A program made the translations under genes and the position numbers. This document shows positions 1 through 10,980 of a stretch of 64,000 nucleotides of DNA, in pieces. The notes beneath the pieces were generated by a model. The model saw only the letters and a list, made by a program, of their open reading frames with translations. It searched no databases and was not told where the DNA came from. Every line of letters begins with the position of its first letter. Positions within the stretch are counted from its first letter, which is position 1. Source of the DNA: Negaprion brevirostris (taxonomy: Eukaryota). The stretch spans positions 44,468,291-44,532,290 of the forward strand of contig JARDVH010000099.1 of assembly GCA_030324005.1 (NCBI GenBank), given 5' to 3'.

Positions 1-60
1 CCTCCTCCTCCTCCTCCTCCTCCTCCTCCTCTTCCCCCCCCCCACCCCCAACCCCCCAAC
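1..60. repeat. (CCT)n microsatellite followed by a C-rich tract
   Basis: About 10 CCT units followed by C runs, read directly from the sequence. Confidence 0.95.
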
Positions 61-722
61 ACCTCCTGGAATATTCAGACCATTGTGTTAAGTAAATTAT
101 GCATGTTACTCAAACATCCAAATTTTTCAGATTACATCCAAGTATTGCTTGTCTGTGATTTCAAATGGAGGTGAGAAGCAGTTTGTCAGTTTCATTTTTT
201 CTGAGCATACAAGTTTCTCAACATAACTGATCTAAAGCAGCAGTTTTCTTTAGGAGAGACTTCTGGATATTGAGCTGTAGCACTGTTTGCATGGAAGACC
301 GTTACCAAATTTAATGTGGACATTGATGAATGTGGGCCCAGCACTTCTGGCTCACTGTACATAAATAAGATTAAATTTTGAGGTATTATCATCAATAGCT
401 GGTGTAATTTTACACACGCTATATGACTATAGCCTGCATACCCCTTTTGGGGTGAGTTTCTGCTTCCACCTGGTTTCTGTGTTGTCGGTGATTAAGTGTG
501 GTTGGGTGGTATCCCAGTGTAAGTCCTACCATGAAGAAGAAGCCCATCGCTGTTGCATGTGTAAATACAATTATTCTGCAGCAGGATATCTGCAATAGCA
601 CCCCATAAGCTTGTGAAAAAGTTCTCCAAACACTTTGGAAACTTTAAATTGAAGGCGATTGACTTGAACGTGGCATTTACGTGGTAAATATTTGGGCCAA
701 TACAAAAGGAAGGAAAACCATT

Positions 723-2133
723 ATTGTGATTTTTCTCTCCAACAATTGTGGCAGTAAGGTTGCCGCTGCTGGGGTCAGGTAGCCATCCAATTGCAAATGT
801 CTTGTCTCTGATCATTCCAAATGCGGGGCAAGAGGGCCAGTGTGGTTTTGTAGAGCTGAGGAACTAAAAGCAGTTAGCTGCTTTGAAGATGCCTGCAGCT
901 GTCAAGCCGATCAATGATGTTTATAAACATTGTGGTTAGGAACAATGGGGGTACTTCAGATTCATTAAACATGAAGAGAATGATAAATAAATAAATCTCA
1001 TGTGTGGTGTGAAAAGCCATTAAGTTGTTAATCAAAGGCACTAGTAAAATTGAAACAAAGGTTTTCAAAGGTTTGCAATGGATTTCACAGGACTTCAAAG
1101 GTTTGCAAGGGATTTCTATGGCTGATAAGGGATTCCAAAGGACTTCAAAGGTTTATAAAGGTTTTCAAAGGAATTGAGCTCCTAGGAAAGCTCAGAGGCT
1201 TGCTAGAAATGCAGTATTAAAAGAATTGTGCTGAGCAAGTACACAAAGAAGGGAATACCCCCTAGTGAAAGTGACTGCCCCTGTGGATCTGAGGGCCTCA
1301 AAAGTGTCTTCACACACCTGTGGCTTCTTAAAAATAAGAAAGTGGAATGCCTTCTGCAGAATGGAGTGCTGCTGTGATTTGGAAGCTTTCCAGATGTCCA
1401 GTACACAGACAAGAATGAGTAGTTCAATCACAGAGCTTTCTGAAATCACTACGTTAAGAGTGATTTTCAGGTTTCCCAGGGCTAGAAGGGGCAGTCCAGC
1501 CACAAGACCTCCATCTTGGGGAGAATTCAAAGGTCAATCCCTTCCCTCAGCCTGAATGCTTCCATCAACCCCAGGTCCTTGGGGGACAGTCCCTCTGCAG
1601 CCTGGTAACCTAAGCACGCCAGGGAAGCCAGCTTCAGAGCTCTTAGGCACCATTGTGGAGCGTGCCTCAATCTCCTACTGAATCAGGAGACCTCCTCCTA
1701 TGTCTCTCCATGGACATTAGACACCCCTTCCATCATTGGCATCGGGACATCAGTACCATCCTGATGAGTACCCTGGTGGACCCGAGACATGCCCCCGTCA
1801 CGACCCCCTCTGCGGAATCCCCTTTGCAGACCACCCCCCACCACTGCATGACCATGCTCCCTGCAGAACCACTCACCTTGCAGAGCTCCCCCCTCTATAA
1901 GCCTCCTGCCAATGAGAGCAGAAACATCTGGGAAGACGGAAACAGCCATGCCAAACCAGTTAAGTCCTCTTAAATGTTGTCATCTTTATGTTAATAGGGT
2001 TAGCACCCTTTCTGGGTGTGAAGCTGTGCTCACTGGTAAAAACGGGCTGGGGTAGGAATTGGGTTTTTGACCTCCCACACTATCTTCCCAGTTCACCCCG
2101 ATCAACCGAAGTGGGAACCAGTAAGATCGCATC
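723..2133. mobile_element. Old non-autonomous DNA transposon, Harbinger-MITE-like; boundaries approximate
   Basis: The right end ...GTAAGATCGCATC resembles the degenerate AAAATCGCGCC-type termini seen elsewhere in the window. The body is C/G-tract rich like the other MITEs. The left end is uncertain. Confidence 0.35.
1056..1175. repeat. 10-bp-unit minisatellite, 12 copies, consensus about CAAAGG(T/A)TTT
   Basis: Units: caaaggtttt, caaaggtttg, caatggattt, cacaggactt, caaaggtttg, caagggattt, ctatggctga, taagggattc, caaaggactt, caaaggttta, taaaggtttt, caaaggaatt. Confidence 0.9.
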
Positions 2134-2673
2134 AACAGTTGTTAAATGAAAAGACTAAAATAAGATGAAAAAGCACCAAAATATTATACATGTAATGGAG
2201 CTAGTTACTTCTTCATTTGTAAATTCTTCTTTGGCTTCTACTGCGGCTACTCTCTCATTTTTGCTCCATTTTGTCATGAGCTATCTTCCTCTGCAGTTAC
2301 GGTAATAAAAATGAGAGGTTGCATTTGTTGCAGTCATGTCTGGTGATACTGAAGAGTTAACATTGAAAATTATATGTCATGACAGCCTACAGTAAAAATA
2401 AGATTACATGGGAGTTTTACTTTGAACTAAATGCAATCAGATATGAGTGCAGAAAAAGATCCAAGGAATGATGATTCTCAGTGAACTCTGACAAAATTAT
2501 CACTTTTGACAGTAGTGAAAATACTTTAAGACAAGTCAAGGAAGGTGCCTTGGACCCTGTGTTCACTAAATTAATGAAGGCAACAGTGAGTTTTTTTTTC
2601 TAACAAAAAAAGAGGGAATAAGAAAGGGAGAGAAAGAGCAAAACAAAGAGAGAGAAAGGGACACAAAATGATG

Positions 2674-3240
2674 GATTTCAATTAATACAGCACTTCTCAT
2701 GGCCTCTGGACATCTAAACAGTGCTGAACAGCCAATTAAGTACTTTTGAAGTGTTATCACTGTTATCATATAGGAAACGTGGCAGCCAATTTGTGCACTG
2801 CAAGCTCCCACAAACAGAAATGTGATCGTAAAATCTGAAGAAATAAGGGCAGGAATAAATCATTCAGCCCATTGAGCCTGCTCCACCATTCAATAAGATC
2901 ATGATTGATCTGTTTGTGGCCTTAGCTCCACTTTCCTGCCTGCCCACTGTAATCCTTGAGTTCATTGTGGATCAAAATCTGCCATGTTTAGTGTTGAATA
3001 CATTCAGTGACTCTGCCTCCATTGCTCGCTGAGAAAGAGAATTTCAAAGAACAGTGATTCCAATGACCAGATTCTGTGTTTCTGTGGTGCTGATTAAGGG
3101 ATAAACTTTGACCAGGACACTGGTGGTAATTTCATTGGTCTTCTTTGAAATAGTGACAGAACATCTTTCATTAAGAAAATCAATGGGGCCTAGGTTTAAT
3201 GTCTCATCCAAAAATTGCATTCCTTTATTTTGACAGTGCT
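2674..3240 (-). mobile_element. SacSINE1-like Deu-domain SINE split by a CR1 insertion (SINE parts about 2674-2826 and 3062-3240)
   Basis: cagccaattaagtacttttgaagtg...taggaaacgtggcagccaatttgtgcac...cccacaaacag and aatgaccag...gggataaa...ccaggacac...ggtttaatgtctcatcc match the reverse complement of the recalled shark DeuSINE consensus. Confidence 0.8.
2827..3060 (-). mobile_element. CR1 LINE 3' fragment nested in the DeuSINE
   Basis: cattcagcccattgagcctgctccaccattcaataagatcatg is the typical shark CR1 3' UTR in reverse, followed by C-terminal ORF2-like sequence (gagaatttcaaaga). Confidence 0.8.
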
Positions 3241-3956
3241 TGCAGGTGGTTAATTTGTTGTGAACCTACTCTCATTCTTGAGCATTTTGTAATGGGTCCT
3301 GTGTTGTTCAAGTCTAAATATAATTTTTCTAATATCTCACTTCCTGCAGCATGGCCTCCGGTTTCACCTCCTAAAAGCATGTTTTTAAGGCCTGAAGGAA
3401 AAATGAGGTGTCTCCCACCATTCAAATAGAGCAGTGGGAACCTTCATTGGCTGTCATTACCCCTTTCTTGAGGCTACCTGGGACTGACATCAGCAGCTGA
3501 ACAAAAATGCAATGGGACATTGCAGCCCAGAATTTTTCCATGCAAGGGTGAAGCTTTCAGTGGCCTTCCCAATTAGGTTTGATGGCAGCAAAATAAACAT
3601 AAGTACAGACACACAACTGAGAACATTACCACCCTAACCCCTACCCCCAACCTCCTGCCACTGCCCCACTTGACTTTTAATGCATTCACAGACAAATATC
3701 TTGGACACAAGTTTCTCTATGTGCAGAATTTTTCTAGCCATCTGTCTAAATTTTCACTTCACAATCCGTAAATGTTGAAAATGTTATCGTGTGAAAGAAA
3801 CACCTTCCGTGTTGCCACAGTCTACATCTAGAAATACACAGCAAAATTATGTAATATACCTAATCTGCAAATACTAGTATGCTGGCTCTGCGTATCTGAC
3901 AGGAGTCTATGTAAACTTCAGGCTTCAATTCTTCCTGCCTAAAGATTGCAACCATA

Positions 3957-4082
3957 GGGTGGGATTTTCCAGTTGCACTCTCCCCAGGGTTGGAAAATCC
4001 TGCCCAAAGTCATTGGACCTTTACATGGTCTGTGTCCCACCTGCTACAATTCCTGTAGCGGGTAGGATGGTAAAATCCTGCC
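3957..4082. mobile_element. About 125-bp MITE with Harbinger-type termini
   Basis: TIRs GGGTGGGATTTTCC ... GGTAAAATCCTGCC, plus an internal copy GGAAAATCCTGCCC. Similar in reverse to 7022-7149. Confidence 0.7.
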
Positions 4083-4950
4083 AAAGTTTTTTCATCTTCT
4101 TTTGTTGCGCAGCAAGATAACAGAGAAAAATAGAGACAAGAGGCTTGTCCATTGTTCTTTGGTGAATAGAAAATCTAACATTATTAGTATTACAGGTTTT
4201 AATAGTGGGTTCTCAATATCACAATGGATGTTGAGTTAGTCCTGCCGTTCTGGTGCCTTTCTGCTTATTTGCTCCCTAGTAAACAAAAGAATAATTAAAT
4301 TGTTGCAGTGGCACCAGAATAAATCTAGGCAGCCAGGACATATCTATCTCTTTAATGTGATTTCTGGAGCTTTTTGGGCATTAGTTACAAGTCCAGCAGA
4401 AGCATTTAAATGAAAGGGGAAAGTTATGTCCCTGGATTGTCTTGTCTTTTCAACACTGGGTAAAATGTGGCTAAAAAATATGATGCAGTGTACTGCTCTA
4501 AAATTTTCATCAATGGAAGGGTTTGAACATGTCCCAAAGTAGAACAAAGGCTTGAAGGCAGAGCAATATTGTCATTTTTTCATCTCCCGCCCCTCCTCAA
4601 TCAACTGGATCCACCTATCAAATTGTAACCTGTTGACTGTTGATCTTTATTAATAGCCAAATATGTCTGGATTTAAAGCCTAGCTCGTGGATAGGCCCGG
4701 ACCTGTGTCCCATTTTCCCACTTCTTCTGCCAAAACCAGCTTGGGGGCAAGGGAGTGGAGTGCCTAGAGGGGCTGTCTAGATCAGGTAAATAGGACGTAA
4801 CAGGAAATCCAGGCAATTCTGTGGCTTGACATTGCCTGGCCATATCTATTTGATGAAGTGAGAGCGAACATCCTGGAAAATCTATCATATAATCCATAAA
4901 ATGGAAGCAAAGTAAGGAAATATAGAGAAGGACGTTGACACAGAGAGAAA

Positions 4951-5782
4951 GGGGGCAAAATTGTATTTTAAAAAATTCTCAGTGCTGAATGAGCAAGAAA
5001 CCAGGAGAGTTTCAGATGTGTTTTTTGGATGAATGAAAAAAAGCAATCTTACGGCATTTAGTCTAAAAAGGGGGCCAGGATGTGATTCTCAACAATCAGT
5101 GGCAAGGTGGATAAAGCCAGCTGGCAATCTAGGGGCACCACTCTGCAGGTCCCCCGATGTCTCCAACTCACCTACCCCCACAGATCCCCCAGAGCCAATC
5201 GCCAGTGCAATCACCCCCCCTGTCCACCAATTGCTGCCCCCATGATCAATGCCCCCTCTACAGAGCTACCCCTCACCCCACCTTGCTATTGGCTTCACCA
5301 CTTCTCAGGCACTGCCCTCTCAAGACCCCATCCCCTCAGGCCCCACCTCCAAGAATCTGCCTCTTTGGCACTGCACTGGCATTGTCGGGGTGCCCAGTCG
5401 GCAATGCCAGGGTGTCCATTGGACAGTGCGTGTTTGCCCAGTGGGCCATATCAGGGTGCCTGATGGGCAATGCCAGGGTGGGTACTGCCAGGCTGGTACT
5501 GCCTGGCCCTATCACTGACCATCCAGAGGGGCTTCAATAGCCTCCAGACCCATCCAATCACATCTGGTCCCCATGGGTGGGGGACCATACTTGATCCATG
5601 CTGGTAAGGACCTCGACAAAGCATGTCATGAATTTTGAAATCGATTCCGCCAGCAAATCAATGCCGGTAACATCACAAGGGGTGAAAAACTGGGTGCAGT
5701 CATGATCGACCAGCAGGATAGCCAGTAAGACTGCCTCCCAGAAACTGTAGTTTTCACTTTAATTGAGAGATAAAATCTTGAC
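4951..5782. mobile_element. Non-autonomous Harbinger-like element with a GGCANTGCC array
   Basis: The left terminus GGGGGCAAAATT...AAAATTCTCAGTGCTGAAT resembles the end at 16443. GGCA/GGTA-N-TGCC motifs cluster at 5308-5503. Confidence 0.6.
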
Positions 5783-6040
5783 ATTTGATTATTAAAATCT
5801 TGGTGATTAGAACTCCATCTGCCATTTACAATGTTTGCAACTTTGCCCCAGCCTTTCTCTAAGCTCTGTTGCACAAACTATCAGGAGTGTAATTTTGAAT
5901 AGTTGAACTAATCCTCTGATTTGTCATGCTTCCCCATGGAAACACTCAACATGGCTTTGCATCTTCCTTGAATGGGAAGGGATGGTGAATTCCCCTCATT
6001 AAGGCCTGTGGATAATTCAATTTTTAATGAACGGTGCTAA

Positions 6041-6344
6041 CTTTAATTTTATCTATTAGTGTCACAAGTAGGCTAACATTAACACTGCAATGGAGTTGCT
6101 GTGAAAATCCAATGTGTCAAACTCCAATGCCTTTATGGGTATACTGAGGGAGAATTTAGTATGACCAATGCACCTAATCAGCATGTCTTTCGAACTGTAG
6201 GAGGAAACTGGAGCATCAAGAACATTCCACACAGTCACAGGGAGAATGTGCAAACTCCACACGGACAGTGATTTAGGCTGGAAATCAAACCTGAGTCCCT
6301 GGTGCTGTGAGGCAGCAGAGCTAACCATTGTGCCATCATACTGC
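6041..6344 (-). mobile_element. V-SINE (HE1-type head and core) with the alternative TTCACAG..CATTGCAGTGTTAATGT tail
   Basis: tRNA-like head (reverse: GCAGTATGATGGCACAATGGTTAGC...CAGGTTTGATTTCC) and V-domain GTGTGGAGTTTGCACATTCTCCC. Confidence 0.9.
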
Positions 6345-6944
6345 TAACACTGCTCTTTGGAATCAATGCTGAAAATGTTATTGTTCTAGTTACAAATTAA
6401 TCATAAATAAATAAGGGTTTCCATTACTTACATATAAAACTTTCCAGATGATGGATCCAGGTACTGATGATCTATTATTCAGGTCTAACATGTAGAAAAG
6501 GGCAGCAAGTACTTTTCTTTGCCAAAAATTCACACTGTTATTTGGCAAACAATTTTTTTGAGTCTGAATATTCTTGAGTAGGTATTGAAATACAATTAAT
6601 GATGTGATGAGTTGTCATTTGATACTGCACTGTCTACTTCCATGAACCATTTCTAGGCTGTGATGTTTATTTTACTGTATTCTTCACATCATGCTTCTCA
6701 CAAAGCAGAATTCTCGATGTTTGCAGACGTGGTGGCAGTTACACCAACTTTGTTCAATTTCAATTTAGCTGTGACTGATAAGGATATGAAATGATTTTCA
6801 TTGTACAGGGGATCCATTCTGTATATTAACTATCTGTAATGTGGCTGGAAATGGTAAGGCAAAACTTTCACAGATGATGGGTGACCAAAAAAAAAACCAG
6901 TACTTAAGAAGCACCCAGTACTCACTCCACAAACACTAAGTACC

Positions 6945-7280
6945 TTGGAAACTGGAATTCTGAAATAATATCAAAAAAAGGCTGGACTCAGCACTTCAGG
7001 CGGTATCTGTGAAGAGTTATCGGCCAGAACTCTCCCATCCCGCCCACTACTGGAATTTTAGCAGGTGGGTTGCGGAGAATGTGAAGTACCATTGACAGTC
7101 GGGTGGGAATTTCCGGCTTTTGGACCAGCATGGCCGGAGAATTCCGCAAAATGTTTCAGCTTGATGATATTTCATCAGGTCTGATTAAAAAGTCACAGCC
7201 TTGAATTGCTAACTCTGATTTTTCATTCCATATGTGTTGCCTGGCCTCCTGATTATTCCTGTGGTTGCTTCTCATTTTCT
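6945..7280. mobile_element. Palindromic pair of Penelope terminal-repeat fragments, interrupted by a MITE
   Basis: The left arm tctgaaataa..gctggactcagc..tatctgtgaagagtt|atgtttcag..tttcatcag and the right arm ctgat..agtcacagcc..aactctg..ccatatgtgttgcctggcct are inverted about a centre near 7179. Confidence 0.6.
7022..7149. mobile_element. About 128-bp MITE, same family as 3957-4082 in the opposite orientation
   Basis: Termini GGCCAGAACTCTCC ... GGAGAATTCCGC. Confidence 0.7.
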
Positions 7281-7335
7281 CGAATGGGTTGGGATGTAAA
7301 CAGCAGTGCAAATGTAAAAAAAAAAAAGTAAAAAG

Positions 7336-7970
7336 TCATTGTTGGCTATCCCTTGATTCGTGGATGACATCTACTCAGGGTCATGAGTTTCTGTCATGGG
7401 TTTGCATGATTGAATAAGCCCACAGATCTCGACCCAAAGATCTTTTGGTACATGAAGCAGAATGTCCACAAGGTAGTGGGATCTGGAATGCAGGATTTGC
7501 AACCAGAAAAAAAACTGAGATAACCTATTTGTGGGGCATTTTTCTAGTCCCTTCCCCATTTGGGGAGAACAAAGGGTATCCTGAAGATGATTGGTCNNNN
7601 NNNNNNNNNNNNNNNNNNNNNNNNNNNNNNNNNNNNNNNNNNNNNNNNNNNNNNNNNNNNNNNNNNNNNNNNNNNNNNNNNNNNNNNNNNNNNNNNGGTA
7701 TCCTGAAGATGATTGGTCAATCAACAGTTGCTCTTGGCCAAAAGTATCACTCCCCTTTCATAGGTTGTCCAATGACTTTCATGTATCTTTCAACTGTGTG
7801 CAGATTTTTGATTCGGAACTCCCACGCTCACAGTCTTGTTCCAAGCACCACTTCTACTTCACTGCAGAACTTGGCACGTGGTCCCTGGCAGAAGCCTGAA
7901 CACAATCATATTTAACATGAGAACCTTGAGGTGCCTCCATTCCTTCATTGTCCACACAATCATGAATCTT
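7336..7970 (-). mobile_element. RTE-tailed retroelement fragment spanning a gap
   Basis: The reverse complement of 7336-7376 (GTAGATGTCATCCACGAATCAAGGGATAGCCAACAATGAC) resembles the RTE 3' stem-loop tail. The rest is not clearly assignable. Confidence 0.4.
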
Positions 7971-8809
7971 CCCCCGCAACACCCCCCACCCCCCCCAGCT
8001 CCCCCACCCCACACCAACTTGCCACCATAGGTGATCCTTTCTCTGAAAGTATGGAACTCGTATCATATTACCAATCTACATGTAATAAATATGAAGCTTC
8101 ACCACACTCATATAAATCATTAACATCTGTAAATTTCAAAGACATTTGTAATACTATAATTTGAATCATATTAGAACATCAACTCCAACGGATCTATAGA
8201 GCTAAAAGAATAAGATTCATGAATCTTTAAGAAAGGTTTTAATTTCAGTTTCACACTGCAACCTTTATATTCGAGACATTTATAGTCTGAGCTTTCTTTT
8301 AAAATATTTTTTAAAAATCTGCAATGCTTTGTTCTGCTTTGACAACAAGGCTTTCAGTGGTACTTTCTCCTCTCTGAAACACAGCTGTGTTCTATACCTC
8401 CTGTGAGTGAAGCTGGAACTGTGCCCAAACCAATGGATGATAAAATGTGGAAGCTCAAGAAGTGATTTGGCTTTCGTTTTCAAAGCGAATATTCCCACGT
8501 GAGCAAACTAGTCATGTCAAACCAACACAGAGTGTCCATTAGCTCAGGATTTATCTTTCCTCACTTCCCATCTGTGTCACTTTCAATCAATGCTATTTTT
8601 CACTAATTCTTTTGACAGCAGTGAGCAGCAAGTGTGCTTTTATATGTTGACATTGAAAGTAGGAAATTTTAGCTCTATTTCGTGTGGACTTGTGTAAATT
8701 GTTCTTTGCAATCAAAATTAAATGGAGTAATAAAAATGAACTGCATTCAAATGTCAATAATAGAACACACCCTGTAATGCAAACAACATGAAAGATAAAT
8801 TGAGTCATA

Positions 8810-10352
8810 GGTCTGATGAGATGTATATTTTACCATGTACCATGTGACAGTTATTTAAACCACATGTCATTATGCCTCCAGAATTTTCATTTGAATGGAA
8901 TTACCTCCATTAGTGTATCATCTGATACCCGATTCTTCCAAAGCTTCTGGTCTTGTCCAACATGCCTCTGTTTAAACTCAGGCAACAGTTCATTGATGCT
9001 GCACAATGACTCCGTGTATCCACATTAACTTTTTCCCACCATTGGATTTAGGATTGTAATGCTAGACTTTTTCCAATTGTCTCTTCTGTTCCAGTTTATT
9101 ACTGGAATATTTGCATTCTAATTAATGCTATATAACCAGCCCTCTGTAATTTGAGTCTTCCCTAAGCCCATTCAATTACACATTTTAACTACCACTGTGA
9201 ACTCTTTTTAATTTCCTTTTTTTCCCTCCGCTTTTTGCTTCCCTTCTCATTACTCCTCCAAGCTGTTTCCCTCCTGTCATCTTGCTTCCTTGCAGTTCTC
9301 TCTTCTTGGATACTCTGCCTTCCAAATCTTGATCTCATCCTGTTAGTATTCCTCAATCTTGGTACTTTCTTGTCGCTGCACCATGTTTGATCCCCTCTTA
9401 AATAAGCCTACACCTTCCCATTGTGGCCTTCTCGGCACCTTCAGGTGGGCTTATCCCAGCTCTCATTATTGTATCTTTATGAATAGAAACCCCAAATTTC
9501 CCATCCTACTCAATTGCAAACCTTACCACCAATCCAGACCACCAATTGGGGGTTGATCTTGTCAATCTTCTTTTCTCTTTGCCCAACTCATCCTGTATTG
9601 TCACATCGTTAATTCTACAGATCAGTCTATCTTGCCACAAGTCATTCAGGCGTCACCTGAATTCACAGTGCTCTGCCAATTTTCGTAACTGGGTCATAAA
9701 TTCAGTGACTGGTTCTCCAAGGTTTTGTCATGCCATGTAAAAATGGTATTGCTGGAGTCTTATAGAAGGCTTAGGTTCATGGTAGCCTTTAACCAAGTCT
9801 ACCAATTCATTAAAGGTTTTTGAGTCAGGAGCATCTCGGTAGGTTAGGTTTTTATTACACTGAATGTCAGGACCCCACATGCCTTCCAGGAATACTTTCT
9901 GCTTTTTGACCCCTTCATTATTTGTCTGGAAAAAATAATGCATGTTGTGTGTGTATTTTGACCAGTCTTCTGTGTTTGCATTGTCGGCTTCAAGCTTTCC
10001 AAAAAGAAGCAATTTTCTTGCTTGATGATCACTTGTCTTGATAATAAGAGTTGTTCAGAGGGAAGAAAAAGTAACTTGTTTTATTCCTTGTCACCACTGT
10101 AATAATCTCGCTAAGGAAAGTTTTCCCTCACCAACTTCCCTCATTTGCTTGGTGAATAAAGCATGCTTCTGTAGCTGCAGTACACAGGTCAATCCCAGGA
10201 GTCTTTGATGACCAGTCCAAGTAGATACAATTGACTTTAAACTCCCTCATCTCCTTCACTATTGGGCAAACTCTGCTGGCTTAATAGAGGAGCTCATAGT
10301 CTACCAAGCCCACAGGGAGATCTATTGGCTATTCCCCATGGCTGCCATAACA
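8810..10352 (-). mobile_element. Decayed Gypsy/Ty3 LTR retrotransposon 5' part: LTR, PBS, gag and a possible protease remnant
   Basis: LTR 10098-10352 reads TGTTAT...ATTACA on the minus strand and is followed by PBS-like gTGGTGACAAGG, then gag. A VDTRSHC protease-like remnant near 9005-9025 is tentative, and 8810-9560 may belong to a different element. Confidence 0.75.
9570..10012 (-). pseudogene. Gypsy gag (K02A2.6-like) pseudogene
   Basis: LFGKLE..EDWSKY..YFFQTN..PDSKTFNELVDLVKGYHEPKPS..YHF, then after a stop GEPVTEFMTQLRKLAEHCEF*..DRLICRIND. These are typical Gypsy gag motifs, broken by stops and frameshifts. Confidence 0.85.
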
Positions 10353-10354
10353 CT

Positions 10355-10608
10355 CTAGTTTCTCCCTTACCTTTAGTCATGCCCTCTCTGACCTCATCTT
10401 GCCCATAAGGCACACCTCTTTCTCCCTCAGTCATATTCCCACTAGACCACTGACCACCCTACCTCACTTTCTGACTTCAGTGTTAGCTGATGATATTAAT
10501 GGATCTCTCCTTGCATTCTGTTCTCGTCCTTCAAATCTGAGATCACTGTCCCACCGCTCAAAACAAAAACCTTGATCCCACTGTCCTTGCAAAGTATTAT
10601 TCTACTTT
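10355..10608 (+). mobile_element. L2 LINE ORF2 fragment
   Basis: caaaaaccttgatcccactgtccttgcaaagtat is similar to the K..LDPTVLANYRPI motif. Confidence 0.55.
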
Positions 10609-10611
10609 AAA

Positions 10612-10732
10612 AAATAATGCATGGAATGTGAGCATCAATGGCAAGGCTGGCATTTATTGCATATTCCTAATTGTCCTTGAAAAATTGGCAGTGAACCGAC
10701 TTCTTGAACTATTATAATCCGTCTAGTGTGGC
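10612..10732 (-). mobile_element. 3' end fragment of the same LINE family as 34004-35085
   Basis: catggaatgtgagcatcaatggcaaggctggcatttattgcatattcctaattgtccttga matches the tail at 34004-34110. Confidence 0.7.
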
Positions 10733-10980
10733 CTGAAAGCAATGTTCCAAGTTTAAATAGAACAAAGTAAAATTGCTACCTAAATTATTATTTTGGCATG
10801 CCAATTATTGCTTCACTTCTAATCCTTCAGAAAAACTAGCAGCTTTTCTTTTCTGGCTCTTTCTGCAAGTGTTCAGTCAAAAAGTGATGATGGGTAACTT
10901 CAACGGAATATTCCATTTCAATAATTACAGTAAAATATTTACTTCTACAAGTCTTTTGAACCCTGACAAAATTTTGCTGC

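Noticed and set aside
131-170. Possible 40-nt exon (tttttcag ... GAG|gtgaga)
   Set aside because: The splice signals are plausible, but the peptide is unrecognised and there are no partner exons. Such matches are expected by chance in 64 kb.
192-815. Minus-strand ORFs of 107 aa and 67 aa in the same frame
   Set aside because: No recognisable domain, an intervening stop and no supported splice structure. It partly overlaps a probable old transposon.
1056-1175. CRISPR-like or other prokaryotic repeat array
   Set aside because: The units are contiguous with no unique spacers, there are no cas genes, and the context is clearly vertebrate.
7577-7718. Direct repeat ggtatcctgaagatgattggtc either side of a 100-N gap
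   Set aside because: An identical overlap flanking a fixed-size gap is a typical assembly artefact.
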